Below, one piece after another: positions 30,272 to 40,699 of a DNA stretch of 64,000 nt. The translations under genes and the position numbers were made by a program. Under the pieces are notes generated by a model that did no database searches, was not told the DNA's origin, and saw only the letters and a list, made by a program, of their open reading frames with translations. The number at the start of each line of letters is the position of its first letter. Positions within the stretch are counted from its first letter, which is position 1. Location of the stretch: positions 34,718 to 98,717 of the IMG/VR virus record IMGVR_UViG_3300049489_000400, one strand, 5' to 3'. Source of the stretch: a virus.

Positions 30272-31918
30272 TTAATCTCCTGTTGTTTCGTCTATTTCTG
30301 TAGAAGGTTGATTTTCATCGACTTGTTCTTCTGTAACAATAGAGAATTGTGTTCTTCTAAAACCCCACGCTTCAAATAATTCACTAGGGCAAATTTCTAT
30401 ATTAGCCAATCTACTCATCAATAGATTCATTACAAAATCTACATTCCTAGCTTCTGGAATGAACAACATATCTAATATACCAGTAGTTATCAATCTGTTT
30501 GTTGCTCCAGGATTTTCCACAGCATTGTTAAATGCGTTATTAGAATCTCCTTGATTTGGTATATCAGTATTGTTGAATGCAGATACTGTTTCATCTGGGT
30601 TAGCGAAACTTTTAGCAAAAAAGTAAGAACCATCTTCTATTAATAGTTTCATGCAATCACGACCAGTTATGTTAACAGTAACGTCTTCATTTTCAGGTGA
30701 ATGAGAAATAGAATTTGTATCTATCAATCCTATCATTTCGTACTGACCTCCAGCTAAACTTAGGTGATCAATGAAAAAATCATCTACTCTTTTCAGTCCA
30801 GAATTTTCTTCAGTAGCGTTATAGCTATCATTCGCTTTTTGAAAAGGGTCTCCATAACTTATGAAAACAATATCATTCGCTGATATGACTTGTTCAAAAA
30901 ACATCTTAGTCCACTGCACAACTTTATCTGATAATTTCCAAGATTTAACATCAACAGTATTCAAATCATTAAGTGGCTCATTTTGAAATCTTTGACCATA
31001 AGTTCTTTTATCTCTCTCTGGAGAAGAACCTACAACCCACACATCTGAATACTTGGTTATCAAGGTTTTAAAATAATGTTCCTTTTCAACTATGTTAGGA
31101 CTACTTCCAGTTGGTGTGAAATTTATATATTGAGTCCTATCTACATTCCAAATACCTTCTGGTTTTCCATCAATTCCACAACTTATTAAACCCTCAACAG
31201 GCGCAAGCTGTATAGAAAAATTACCTCCTGTCTCTGCTACAGTCATATTCATACTTAAAATGAAAGGACTTAAATCAAAAACTGACGATGGACTGAATTT
31301 TCCTTCATTTAAAGATTTACACCATATATAAACATTTGGAACTATCCTTGATTTAGAATAATCCTTAGATTTGGGAAAAGTTTGAACATTTTGATTGCCA
31401 AACTCATCTCTAGTATCTAATGTTTTACTTGGTGAATTTAATCTACCGTCATATAGCCTATTGCTAGTTAATGCATCTTGTAAGTCCCAATAAAACTGTC
31501 TTGTACTTACACTAAATGCACTTTTATTGTCTTCTGTATCTTTATCGAATTCAGTTACTGAAAAGTTGTTGGTTAACAAATTACTCTGAGTAACAAGAAC
31601 ACTTTTTTCAAGATATTTAGAATCAATGTAGAATACCACAGGAACAGGACAAGGAGCATCTGGCGTGACTTTCTTAGAATCAGTAGGGTCTATGTTCAGT
31701 GCCTCTTCTTCTGTTGCAGCCAGTCCATAATTCAAATAAGTTCTAGGGTCATAAGATAACCAAATCTGATCTCTATTCTTTGTTTTATATCTAGGATGCT
31801 CAAAGTCCAGAAATTGTTCAACGGTCATATTTCGTATCTTCAGATACTCAAATACTTGTCTTATGGTCTTTTTGTAACCAACCTCACCGTTATATTTTAT
31901 TTCGATAATATTAGCCAT
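30272..31918 (-). CDS. baseplate hub protein, N-half
   Basis: GNFSIQL, IGLID, V.ITGRDCMKLL hub-like motifs; follows the tape measure. Confidence 0.6.
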   Translation of the reverse strand: MANIIEIKYNGEVGYKKTIRQVFEYLKIRNMTVEQFLDFEHPRYKTKNRDQIWLSYDPRTYLNYGLAATEEEALNIDPTDSKKVTPDAPCPVPVVFYIDSKYLEKSVLVTQSNLLTNNFSVTEFDKDTEDNKSAFSVSTRQFYWDLQDALTSNRLYDGRLNSPSKTLDTRDEFGNQNVQTFPKSKDYSKSRIVPNVYIWCKSLNEGKFSPSSVFDLSPFILSMNMTVAETGGNFSIQLAPVEGLISCGIDGKPEGIWNVDRTQYINFTPTGSSPNIVEKEHYFKTLITKYSDVWVVGSSPERDKRTYGQRFQNEPLNDLNTVDVKSWKLSDKVVQWTKMFFEQVISANDIVFISYGDPFQKANDSYNATEENSGLKRVDDFFIDHLSLAGGQYEMIGLIDTNSISHSPENEDVTVNITGRDCMKLLIEDGSYFFAKSFANPDETVSAFNNTDIPNQGDSNNAFNNAVENPGATNRLITTGILDMLFIPEARNVDFVMNLLMSRLANIEICPSELFEAWGFRRTQFSIVTEEQVDENQPSTEIDETTGD

Positions 31919-33780
31919 TACTTACCACCTGTTTTTACAACATTGACGTTATGCTTAGGCATTTGAAGATTCCCTTTGATGTTAACATTTACAGATTTAC
32001 CCCCATTCCCTGTTATTTCACCTAAGAAGTTGTTCATTGTAACACCAAATTCTTCAAATATCTTTTTGATATAAGTCTCTGCATCTGTTAATAAACCAGT
32101 TGTAGCTTCTGCATCAGTCCTAATCTGTTCTGCTGATAAACTACCTCTCCATTGTTTATTTGGAGAACCTGTAAGAAGATTATTGAATCCTCCTTTGTTA
32201 TTCATTGCACCTTCCCACATCTCCATATCAAATTCAGAACTAGGATTAAACATAGTGTACATCAAATCATCTCTAGCCATAGCGTTATTATTAGTAATAT
32301 CGCCAAAGAATCCAAATGCTGACTTCATGTATTCAGGGTCATCTGAATGGAATTTAACAAACCTTCTTAATGCTGCAGGGTCGTTAGCTAAATCTGGTCT
32401 AGCACGCTTAGCAGCTTCATACTTTAAAAGCATAGCATTATCACCTCCACCTTCTCCAAGACCTGCAATTGTTTGAGATAAGAACTCACCACCCTTTTCT
32501 CCTTTCTGAGACAACCCTATTGCTTCAAAAGCAGACATTATTCTCAGAGTGTCATCTACATTTACCGCATCTCTTTTGCTCCTCTGGATATCCATCAAAT
32601 TTGTTTGAATACCCATCTTTTCTTGCAATGTTGCTAAATCACCTTCTTTAAGTGATGATTTGTCTATCCTAGCTAGGACATTTAACATGTCCATTGCTAT
32701 TACATTAGAAGTTTCCTGATTAGTAGTGAATCTCTCGAATTTGCTATAAACCGCTGGGTCAGCACCTGTAGACCTCCTTATGTACTCATCATTTATAGTT
32801 CTGAGTCTCAAATCGTCTGCATGACCAGATGTCTTAGCTTTATCAGCCATAGCATTAAATAAATCAACCTTACTTAATCCTAATGCTTGTAAATGTGAAT
32901 CATAACTCGTGTCATCAACGTGACCTTGTATAGTTTCAGCGCCAGTATAACCAGAACCTCTAAAAACACCAACTTTACCAGCTGCTTCTACGATTTCGTT
33001 GCCTTTCTCGATCAATTTATAAGATATGAGTGCTCCAGCAGCAACAGTAGCAGTAATGATATTAGAACCAGCTAATTGAATCAAGTCCGTCATTAAGCTA
33101 GTTCCTGCCTGTACCATCGGTCTAATTTCACCATTGGCAAAATTTGGAGTTTTAGCTATCATTCCTCCAACAGCTATGTCAGTTTTTCTAACAACACCTG
33201 GTTCGTCATCATCTTTTTCCTTCTCATCTGATGACCTAATGGCTCTCAATCTCCCATTTTCATCTCTCGACTCAAGCTGATCTTTTTCCTCCCTTTCTCT
33301 AATCTTATGCTCTTTATCATCTCTTTGAGCAATTTCACGTTCAAGCCTTCTTTGCATAACCATCTCACGAACAATAATTCGTAAGTGTTGGTTCATTTCC
33401 TTTTCGGTAGCAATTAACTCAGCTTGTTCGTCTTTATTTAGTTCTGTCTGAGATTGATCAAATTTCTTCTTTTCTAACTCAAAATCAGATGCCGACATTT
33501 TACCTTGAGCAAACCTAGACTCAGCTTGACTAAACTCATCAATATTTGCCTTTCTTGCAGCAGAGTATTCAGAACGAATGGAATCTTGTTTGGCTCTGAG
33601 AGTTTCTTTAGCCGTATTCTCTACAGCTAATCTTTGTTCAGTAGGTGTCATTTTAGACATTCCTGACTGATTAATATTCGAGACATCTCTACCTAATGCT
33701 TGAGCCTTTTCTCTCAAGGAATCAAGCGATGCTCCTAATCCGTCATCCCTACCTCGTATATTTACACTAACATCTGCCAT
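31918..33780 (-). CDS. tail tape measure protein
   Basis: Helical, V.VNIRG.D N-terminus; located after the tail chaperones. Confidence 0.65.
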   Translation of the reverse strand: MADVSVNIRGRDDGLGASLDSLREKAQALGRDVSNINQSGMSKMTPTEQRLAVENTAKETLRAKQDSIRSEYSAARKANIDEFSQAESRFAQGKMSASDFELEKKKFDQSQTELNKDEQAELIATEKEMNQHLRIIVREMVMQRRLEREIAQRDDKEHKIREREEKDQLESRDENGRLRAIRSSDEKEKDDDEPGVVRKTDIAVGGMIAKTPNFANGEIRPMVQAGTSLMTDLIQLAGSNIITATVAAGALISYKLIEKGNEIVEAAGKVGVFRGSGYTGAETIQGHVDDTSYDSHLQALGLSKVDLFNAMADKAKTSGHADDLRLRTINDEYIRRSTGADPAVYSKFERFTTNQETSNVIAMDMLNVLARIDKSSLKEGDLATLQEKMGIQTNLMDIQRSKRDAVNVDDTLRIMSAFEAIGLSQKGEKGGEFLSQTIAGLGEGGGDNAMLLKYEAAKRARPDLANDPAALRRFVKFHSDDPEYMKSAFGFFGDITNNNAMARDDLMYTMFNPSSEFDMEMWEGAMNNKGGFNNLLTGSPNKQWRGSLSAEQIRTDAEATTGLLTDAETYIKKIFEEFGVTMNNFLGEITGNGGKSVNVNIKGNLQMPKHNVNVVKTGGK

Positions 33781-33791
33781 AATTGATCATT

Positions 33792-34094
33792 TTAGAATTG
33801 AGATATATCCAGATTATCGAATGCATCATCTAATTCTTTCTTAGACATTTTCTTACCAACATTTAAATCAGCTTCTTTTTCTTCACTTTCTTCTGAAGAC
33901 ATCTTTTCTATTAATTTGTTCATGATTTTTTCTTCTTCATAATCATAAAACATATCAATTAGATTGGCTTCCCTATGAGCTGAGCTTCCAAAGGGTATGT
34001 TATACTTTTTCCTCCACCAATAATCTATCGGAAATTTACTATTCCAATTATTTATTTGTTGGCGTATTTCATCCCTGATTTTGTTCTGAGACAT
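33792..34094 (-). CDS. tail assembly chaperone 2
   Basis: DYWWRKKYNIP; between the first chaperone and the tape measure. Confidence 0.55.
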   Translation of the reverse strand: MSQNKIRDEIRQQINNWNSKFPIDYWWRKKYNIPFGSSAHREANLIDMFYDYEEEKIMNKLIEKMSSEESEEKEADLNVGKKMSKKELDDAFDNLDISQF

Positions 34095-34449
34095 CGTCCG
34101 ATTCTTCTACATCATACTTACACAAATTATCAACCATAGGTTTAAACCAAGGCAAAAATTCACTCTTGTAAGCCTTAACTAATTTCTTAGCAGTTTCTGT
34201 ATCTAAATCTCTCCAATTTTTGATTTCTAAATTCTTTCTCAAATCAGGAATCAAAACGCTAAAATAAGATACAGCATCAGTTACGTCTAACATGAATTCA
34301 TGCATTTTCAAACCTGACAAAGCCATATCAATATACTTTCCATTTGTATAAGCTATCTTGAATGCTTCAATGTCTTGTAAACCCCCCATATTAGGAAAAT
34401 TAACTTGATAAGATTCTCCAAGAATGTTAATTAATTTAGTCTTTACCAT
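34069..34449 (-). CDS. tail assembly chaperone
   Basis: Synteny after tail tube; 126 aa. Confidence 0.55.
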   Translation of the reverse strand: MVKTKLINILGESYQVNFPNMGGLQDIEAFKIAYTNGKYIDMALSGLKMHEFMLDVTDAVSYFSVLIPDLRKNLEIKNWRDLDTETAKKLVKAYKSEFLPWFKPMVDNLCKYDVEESDDVSEQNQG

Positions 34450-34490
34450 AACAATAAATTTTTACATTTTAACTAAAATAATAACTGAAT

Positions 34491-34520
34491 AAAAAATGCT
34501 GAGCGTAAACCCAGCATTCC
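34491..34520 (-). terminator. rho-independent terminator after the sheath/tube operon
   Basis: Minus strand GGAATGCTGGGTTTACGCTCAGCATTTTTT. Confidence 0.75.
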
Positions 34521-34540
34521 TTATTTTTAGATAAAATCTA

Positions 34541-34915
34541 TTAGATCATCTCATTCAATCCTTCTCCGATAGTTACACGTCCAACGCTGAACTTGTATTC
34601 TTGAACTCGTACTCCATCGCTGAATTCTGGATCAGGGAAAGCACACAAAAGAATTACCGTGATAGCGCCAACAGGGAAATTTTTGCTTTCGTCACGTTCA
34701 ACAAAAACATTAACTTGATTGTTATTAGTACCGTCAACAGCCAAAGTTCCGTGATCAGTTTCAGGAACCAAAGCATATTTCTTTTGTTCGATATTATTAA
34801 CTTTCAAGATTGCCTTGATGTTAGTACAAACGCTAATATCTACAGCAGCACCTGCTTCGATAACTTGTACGCTAATTTTTTGGTCTTCACCTTGCTGAAA
34901 AGTTGTTGCAGCCAT
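34541..34915 (-). CDS. BppU/Ig-like virion protein
   Basis: QGED..I, G.AVDIS beta-sandwich-like pattern; co-transcribed with the tube gene. Confidence 0.5.
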   Translation of the reverse strand: MAATTFQQGEDQKISVQVIEAGAAVDISVCTNIKAILKVNNIEQKKYALVPETDHGTLAVDGTNNNQVNVFVERDESKNFPVGAITVILLCAFPDPEFSDGVRVQEYKFSVGRVTIGEGLNEMI

Positions 34916-34940
34916 TTTAATTCGTTTTTAGTTATTAATA

Positions 34941-35426
34941 TTACAATGGGAATAAGATTGGAGTAATATACTCAAAATCTACGTCACGACCTGAGATTTG
35001 ACCCTCAGAAATATCAAAACTTTCTTTCGTTGAAAAAGCACCTCTAATAGAAGCAAAAAGCTCAAATTGTGGATAAATGATTCCAGTAGCAGGGTCTTGA
35101 AAATCCTTAACTTTCTTCATTATATCAATCTGAATTCCATCTTCTTGTAAAAGAACTGTATCAACAAATTCTTGAAGGTTGTTCACATTTCTTAAAAGTG
35201 CAGTTTTAATCAACTGATCTTGATTGTTAAATGTGATAGAATAGAATCCAGCGTTCAATGAACCGCTCCATTCCAAAGCTGGAACTTCACTCGGTGTAAG
35301 TTCTCCAATTCCTTGAACTCGTCCACGTCTGATATTCTCATTAACTCGAATGCTCTTCATTTTACCGACAGCAATTCCGTCAACTTTTATTATAGCCAGA
35401 GGGGCTGTCATTACTTTAGTTGCCAT
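34941..35426 (-). CDS. tail tube protein
   Basis: Follows the sheath; I.VDG..VG..S, V.GIGE..P.E motifs. Confidence 0.85.
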   Translation of the reverse strand: MATKVMTAPLAIIKVDGIAVGKMKSIRVNENIRRGRVQGIGELTPSEVPALEWSGSLNAGFYSITFNNQDQLIKTALLRNVNNLQEFVDTVLLQEDGIQIDIMKKVKDFQDPATGIIYPQFELFASIRGAFSTKESFDISEGQISGRDVDFEYITPILFPL

Positions 35427-35444
35427 GTCTTACTTATTTTTAAA

Positions 35445-38069
35445 TTACGCACTCAAGTTAGAATCTAACATGAATCCTGTTACAAACAATTTATTAATTG
35501 GACCATTAGGAACAAAACCGTACTTGATATCATAATAATCTTCAATCAAACGAACAGTAACATTTTTGAAACTAATAATCAGGTTATCCTGAGCTGAAGT
35601 AGCAGTTCTTGAAAGTAAATAACCTTCCACGAATGATTTTACATCTGCTGGAGATGCACTACCTACGTTGTTACCTACAAACAAAGGTCTCATATTTAAA
35701 ATCAACTCTTTGTTCAATTGAGCAGCAATCCTCATGATTGAAATCTCGAAAGAACTTCCATCAGGATTTATAAGTTGAGTATTTCTTTGCAATGAGTTAA
35801 TACCTTGATTGACAACGTTTCCTATGCCTGGCACTAATCTGTTGTGGACTACTCCAGCCTGAAGTGCTCTCTCACGCTCTCTCAATCCTAATTGGTGATT
35901 AAAATTAGTAATCTTAATACCTTTAAATGTAAGAGGTGTTTGAGGCTCTAAGCCACCTAATCTACCAGTGATGTTAGCAGCGTGATAAAAGGCAGATAAT
36001 TTCTCAAAACCTCCGCCAGTCACATTCGCTCTTTTGTGACCGCTATGAACTACGATAACTCGGTAGTCATTGTAATATTTTGCAGTTTCGATAGATGAGT
36101 TAGGAACACCAGCTTCAAACTTGGTTTCGTCTATACCTGCTCCAACAATCATAAATTTGTTCATTTCAGCATCTCTCTGAATATGATTCCAGATTTTATT
36201 GTTTTGAACACCCATTGCCTCATCTCCAAATCTATCACAAAGGAAGAAAGTATTATCCAACTCTCTGATGTCCTCAAGAACTCGGTCTAATGACGCTGGA
36301 GTATAATTAGTAACACCGTTTACAGCAAGATTTATGTCAGAATAGTTTGATAAATCCGATGCGGTAACTGCTCCTGTTCCTGTTACAAGGTAATTTTCAT
36401 CAAGTCTGAATCTTTTAGATAACAAGAAGTCATTCTTAGCCCACTCTATAAGTTCAGAAATATTGGAAAATTCGATGCTCGTAGCAATCAAATTAGGAGG
36501 ACAAAACTCTGGAGCAAGTCCGTTTATGTCGTTTCCGCCAGCTGTCTTTCCTCTGTAAGTACCTTCGTAAAATTCAATCATGAATTTAGTTGGATCATTA
36601 ACTCCAGCCATCATTTGCGCACCATAACCGATAGTCAACATTCCAGAATCACTACCTCCACTGAACGAACCTATCGTAAGGAATGGAACTGTTCCGAAAG
36701 GGGTTGTTAATACTACTGAATCACCATTTAAAGATGCTCCTGAACCTATTGGTGCAACGATTGTTACAACACTTAAAGCAACAGTAGCAGTAAATCCGTG
36801 ATTCAGACCAGCATTCGTATTAGCATTAACAAGTGCAGCGTAGTTAGCAGCTAAAGCATCCGTTGTTCCTGTTCCTGTTGAAGGCAAAGTTCCTAAATCA
36901 ATACCATCTACAGTTACAGTCATTGTAGAATTTTCTTCACCGATAGAAGTTACAGTAACATCTACAGTAGATAAGGTTTCATTCACACCTCCTGAAAAAG
37001 TTGTTGCAGGTGTTACAGCTACAGTACCAGTAGTTGCAGTTACAATAAGAGGGTCACCGTTCAAGGTTGCACCAGAACCTGCAAGGGCAGTTACTGTTAA
37101 TACGTCTAATGTTGCTGATGCTGTAAAACCATGAACTCCTGTATTAGAGTTAATCAAAGCGGCATAACCTGCAGCATTAGAATCATTTGTCGCTCCAGGT
37201 TGAACAGTGTAGTAACCGAAGAACACATAAGGTAAACCGTTATATGCTATACCTACCACATCCCCAGCGTTACCTGGAGTTGTAAATGTCAAAGAAGCAG
37301 TAGAATCTATACTGTCTACACCTCCAGTCATGGTAGCTGAGGATAAAGTTCCTTGAATAGGCAATTGCATAGTTGTTAAAACAACCAAGTTACCTGAAGA
37401 ACCTGTTCCTGTCGGAGCAGTAACGATAACATCCCCACCTTGCAAAGCAGCATGGTATCCTGAAGTTCCTGAATTTATAGCTTCCATAATTTGCTCAGCA
37501 AAATCTGACGTAGAAGTCGATGTAGCTGTGATCAATCCAGTAATTGAAGAACCTCCTAATATTTGAATATCGGCAGTATCTCCTACTAAAATTGGCCCAA
37601 TCACGGAAATAGAACATTTCGCTAAAGATTCAGCTACTCTACCATTTGCGCATTCACCCTCATTAAGAGTTAGTAATTTTATTTTACCACCTGCTGAACC
37701 ACCTCCTGAAAATTGAAATTCGATTTCTCCAGGTGTCGTTTCGGCTGCACGAACTATATGAACTGTTTCTGGACCAGACGCAGATACTTGAGGGTTAAAC
37801 AAGAAATCAGCGATGTCGAAAAGCAAACCTCCACGAACAAAATCCTGAAAGTCGGAAATATCTTGGAATGAATAGACAGAATTCAATCCTTGTCTATCTT
37901 CTCCATTTATTCCAGAACCTCCACCGAATCCCATTCCAGAACCTGTATCGATGATACAAACGTTGCCAGTAGAGAATGTGCTAGGCTTAACTGGTATACC
38001 ACTCTTGACCTGAGCATAAACTCCTGGTTCAATAATTTTTTTACCATTAAAATTTACTATTGTAGCCAT
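35445..38069 (-). CDS. contractile tail sheath protein with three inserted repeat domains
   Basis: I.PGVY N-terminus; PLTFK, VVNQGIN.L, EISIMRI C-terminal core. Confidence 0.9.
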   Translation of the reverse strand: MATIVNFNGKKIIEPGVYAQVKSGIPVKPSTFSTGNVCIIDTGSGMGFGGGSGINGEDRQGLNSVYSFQDISDFQDFVRGGLLFDIADFLFNPQVSASGPETVHIVRAAETTPGEIEFQFSGGGSAGGKIKLLTLNEGECANGRVAESLAKCSISVIGPILVGDTADIQILGGSSITGLITATSTSTSDFAEQIMEAINSGTSGYHAALQGGDVIVTAPTGTGSSGNLVVLTTMQLPIQGTLSSATMTGGVDSIDSTASLTFTTPGNAGDVVGIAYNGLPYVFFGYYTVQPGATNDSNAAGYAALINSNTGVHGFTASATLDVLTVTALAGSGATLNGDPLIVTATTGTVAVTPATTFSGGVNETLSTVDVTVTSIGEENSTMTVTVDGIDLGTLPSTGTGTTDALAANYAALVNANTNAGLNHGFTATVALSVVTIVAPIGSGASLNGDSVVLTTPFGTVPFLTIGSFSGGSDSGMLTIGYGAQMMAGVNDPTKFMIEFYEGTYRGKTAGGNDINGLAPEFCPPNLIATSIEFSNISELIEWAKNDFLLSKRFRLDENYLVTGTGAVTASDLSNYSDINLAVNGVTNYTPASLDRVLEDIRELDNTFFLCDRFGDEAMGVQNNKIWNHIQRDAEMNKFMIVGAGIDETKFEAGVPNSSIETAKYYNDYRVIVVHSGHKRANVTGGGFEKLSAFYHAANITGRLGGLEPQTPLTFKGIKITNFNHQLGLRERERALQAGVVHNRLVPGIGNVVNQGINSLQRNTQLINPDGSSFEISIMRIAAQLNKELILNMRPLFVGNNVGSASPADVKSFVEGYLLSRTATSAQDNLIISFKNVTVRLIEDYYDIKYGFVPNGPINKLFVTGFMLDSNLSA

Positions 38070-38074
38070 CCTTA

Positions 38075-38431
38075 TTATTTTTTATGTGACGTTTTGTTGG
38101 ATTTAATTTTAGCCAGCTTTTCCTCTTTGGATGTTAATGGCTTATCTTCTTTTTCAACTTCTTCTTCTGATTCTTCATCTTCAACATCTTCTGATTCGTC
38201 AGATTCAGTTGAATTATCAATTACAGTATTCGATTCTGTTTTCTTAGGAGCAGATTCACTAGCCTTTTTATCAGCAATTTCTACATATGAAGAAGAATCA
38301 AAAGCAAACTCACTTTTCAATTTTTCAATCCACTCTTTCTCTGTCATCTCTACAGATGCATAAACTCTCGATGCAATGTTTCTGTCATTGCTTTTGAAGT
38401 TATATTTATGCGAAAATTCTTGAATTGTCAT
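38075..38431 (-). CDS. hypothetical protein (pre-sheath)
   Basis: 118 aa with acidic tract. Confidence 0.6.
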   Translation of the reverse strand: MTIQEFSHKYNFKSNDRNIASRVYASVEMTEKEWIEKLKSEFAFDSSSYVEIADKKASESAPKKTESNTVIDNSTESDESEDVEDEESEEEVEKEDKPLTSKEEKLAKIKSNKTSHKK

Positions 38432-38433
38432 AA

Positions 38434-39132
38434 TTACCCATTTGTATTTGAAAGAGTAATACCTGTTACTGAGAACCCTCTGATAATACGTTTGCTGAAA
38501 AAATCTGGTACATAAACTTCGTACATAAAGGACAAATTGAATGACCTATGGAACACATGAGAAGGAACTAGGTCTGATTGAATCTGAACATCTCTTCCAG
38601 AAAATTTAGGCAATCTTAAACCGCTTAATTCAAGATGATAATGCAAAGCTATGAAACTAGCTTTTATGAAGTTATATATCAACAGAACTTCCAATGTATT
38701 TTCTGAAGTAATCATAAGATTATAATTAGCATCATACATCTTATTATATTGTGGGGTGAATTCAGAATGACCATCTGAAAAATTATTAACGACATTCGGT
38801 TGATAATTTTCATCAGCACCTATTCCAAAATCTCTCCCTGTCTCCTCAGGTAATAAAATATGTACAACTCCCATTCCAGAATTTTCCATATTATACCCTA
38901 AATTAACCTCTATATCTCTATTGATGAATAATTCTTTAGCTTGTTCGAAATAATCAAAAGTCTCCCAAGAAACTATATTGTTATTTTCATCTTTACCAAA
39001 GAAATTATACAATATCGTATCTTGTTCTGATGCGGCTTCTGCAAAATCATCCTTTACTATTTTGAATATTGATTTCAGAGTATTGTAAATTACAATTTCT
39101 GGCATCAAAACAGCTGAAACATTATTGTCCAT
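38434..39132 (-). CDS. tail terminator/neck protein
   Basis: Synteny before the sheath. Confidence 0.55.
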   Translation of the reverse strand: MDNNVSAVLMPEIVIYNTLKSIFKIVKDDFAEAASEQDTILYNFFGKDENNNIVSWETFDYFEQAKELFINRDIEVNLGYNMENSGMGVVHILLPEETGRDFGIGADENYQPNVVNNFSDGHSEFTPQYNKMYDANYNLMITSENTLEVLLIYNFIKASFIALHYHLELSGLRLPKFSGRDVQIQSDLVPSHVFHRSFNLSFMYEVYVPDFFSKRIIRGFSVTGITLSNTNG

Positions 39133-39916
39133 ATCCTAAGTTTTTAAGTATCTTGTCTACATTATTCTCTGCTATTGTGTTAACATCTGTATTACTAACA
39201 GCTTTTTGCATTAAATTATGCGCTTTAATTCCTTTGTGTATCCAAGAATTAGGGTCTGAATTACCGCTGACTCTTCTGAATGTTTGATAGGTATTCTGAG
39301 TAGTTTTACCGTATGCTCCTGTCTTTTTAACCATACCTGCATAAATACTAGATTTATGAGTATATTCTGGAAAATTGATATTAGCTTCTGGTATAACTAT
39401 TGCTGCTCTACTCTGAGGAATGTCAAATGGAGATGGCACATTCTTTAATGGAGAATTAGCAGGTTTTTTCTTCATTATATCGTGAACCTCTTTAGGCATG
39501 ATACTGCTAAATGCAGAATTTTCACCTACAATCCCTGGAGTTCCTATTCTGAATGGTATTGTTAAATACCAAGAAAATGTAACCTTACCACCTTTAGAAG
39601 TCTTTACTGAATATTTTACTTTTCCACTCTTTTTGAAATTTTCTTTCATATCGAATGGGCCAATGCCTTTTTCTATCATGTTAGGTAACATTCCGTGTAA
39701 CATGATAGTTCTTGAAAATTGAGAGTTCCTGATTATATCTAAGTTGTTGATATACTCATCTCTTGATGATTTCAAATTGTTAGATGCCTCAACTCTCCAA
39801 TTTCGGTAAATTTCAGTAGTGATTTCTTCCACTGTAGATTCAACTATAAAATCTGCCGTGTTTCTAGGAAAATTAAATTCCTTAATCAGGTCATCTATGT
39901 CAATTTGTATTTTCAT
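39122..39916 (-). CDS. neck/tail completion protein
   Basis: YLTIPFR, Y.TFRRVS.NSDPNSWIH motifs of Herelleviridae-type neck proteins; ATG start at 39916. Confidence 0.65.
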   Translation of the reverse strand: MKIQIDIDDLIKEFNFPRNTADFIVESTVEEITTEIYRNWRVEASNNLKSSRDEYINNLDIIRNSQFSRTIMLHGMLPNMIEKGIGPFDMKENFKKSGKVKYSVKTSKGGKVTFSWYLTIPFRIGTPGIVGENSAFSSIMPKEVHDIMKKKPANSPLKNVPSPFDIPQSRAAIVIPEANINFPEYTHKSSIYAGMVKKTGAYGKTTQNTYQTFRRVSGNSDPNSWIHKGIKAHNLMQKAVSNTDVNTIAENNVDKILKNLGYGQ

Positions 39917-40697
39917 CTGTATTATCAATTAATCTGGACGATTCTTCAAATTTCAAATTGTCAAATAAATAATGAGCTTTCCTAGCAGTACCATTAATAG
40001 GCATAGCTTGTAATTCCTCATTAGTAGCAGAACATCCTTCTTTTGTTCTTACTTTAGTGATATCCCTATTCATATCAATTATGTGATATGTTAAAAGATG
40101 TCTATATCTTATAGTAATAGTCAGGTCTTTTTGATTCATATACTTATTGTGAAGAATAATTCTTTCATTCTCAATAGTATAATCAGGTTCAGGTATTCTT
40201 TTCAGTGCGGTCTTGTCATTTTCAAACATTAAAATAGATTCTATTTCTAGTATCTCATATGTTGTGAAACATGTCATCTTACCTCTAAATTCTCTAGGTC
40301 TAAGAATTTCATTGAAATACCCTTCAGCTTCTCTTATGATTATTCTATCCATAAAAGCAAGTCTGTCTATGGCTCTAGCAGTCACTTTAGCCATACCAGT
40401 AGATAATTTAGACCAATCTTGATATTTAACATCTGCATTGATTCCTTGTATAGCCATTCTTGTGCTTATTCTATCCATGAAAATCCAACCAGTGCCTATA
40501 CAATTATCACAACTTATTAGTGCTTGTCCATTGCCTTTTACAGCACAAGGACATCTTAATGCCTTGTCTACATAAACTTCATAACCTTTATCGAATACAA
40601 GAGAATTGAATCTTTGCGGTTCAAATCTAACTTGGTGTTCTACTGACTCTGGACCAGTAGTAGATACAATCGCTTTTTTCTTTACTCCTGTCGACAT
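39900..40697 (-). CDS. head-tail connector/neck protein
   Basis: KALRCPC...CDNC.G.GW motif. Confidence 0.65.
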   Translation of the reverse strand: MSTGVKKKAIVSTTGPESVEHQVRFEPQRFNSLVFDKGYEVYVDKALRCPCAVKGNGQALISCDNCIGTGWIFMDRISTRMAIQGINADVKYQDWSKLSTGMAKVTARAIDRLAFMDRIIIREAEGYFNEILRPREFRGKMTCFTTYEILEIESILMFENDKTALKRIPEPDYTIENERIILHNKYMNQKDLTITIRYRHLLTYHIIDMNRDITKVRTKEGCSATNEELQAMPINGTARKAHYLFDNLKFEESSRLIDNTDENTN

Positions 40698-40699
40698 GA

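Noticed and set aside
33792-34449. Programmed frameshift between the two tail chaperone ORFs
   Set aside because: The second ORF is in the +1 frame, has its own ATG, and no X XXY YYZ slippery site is visible in the overlap.
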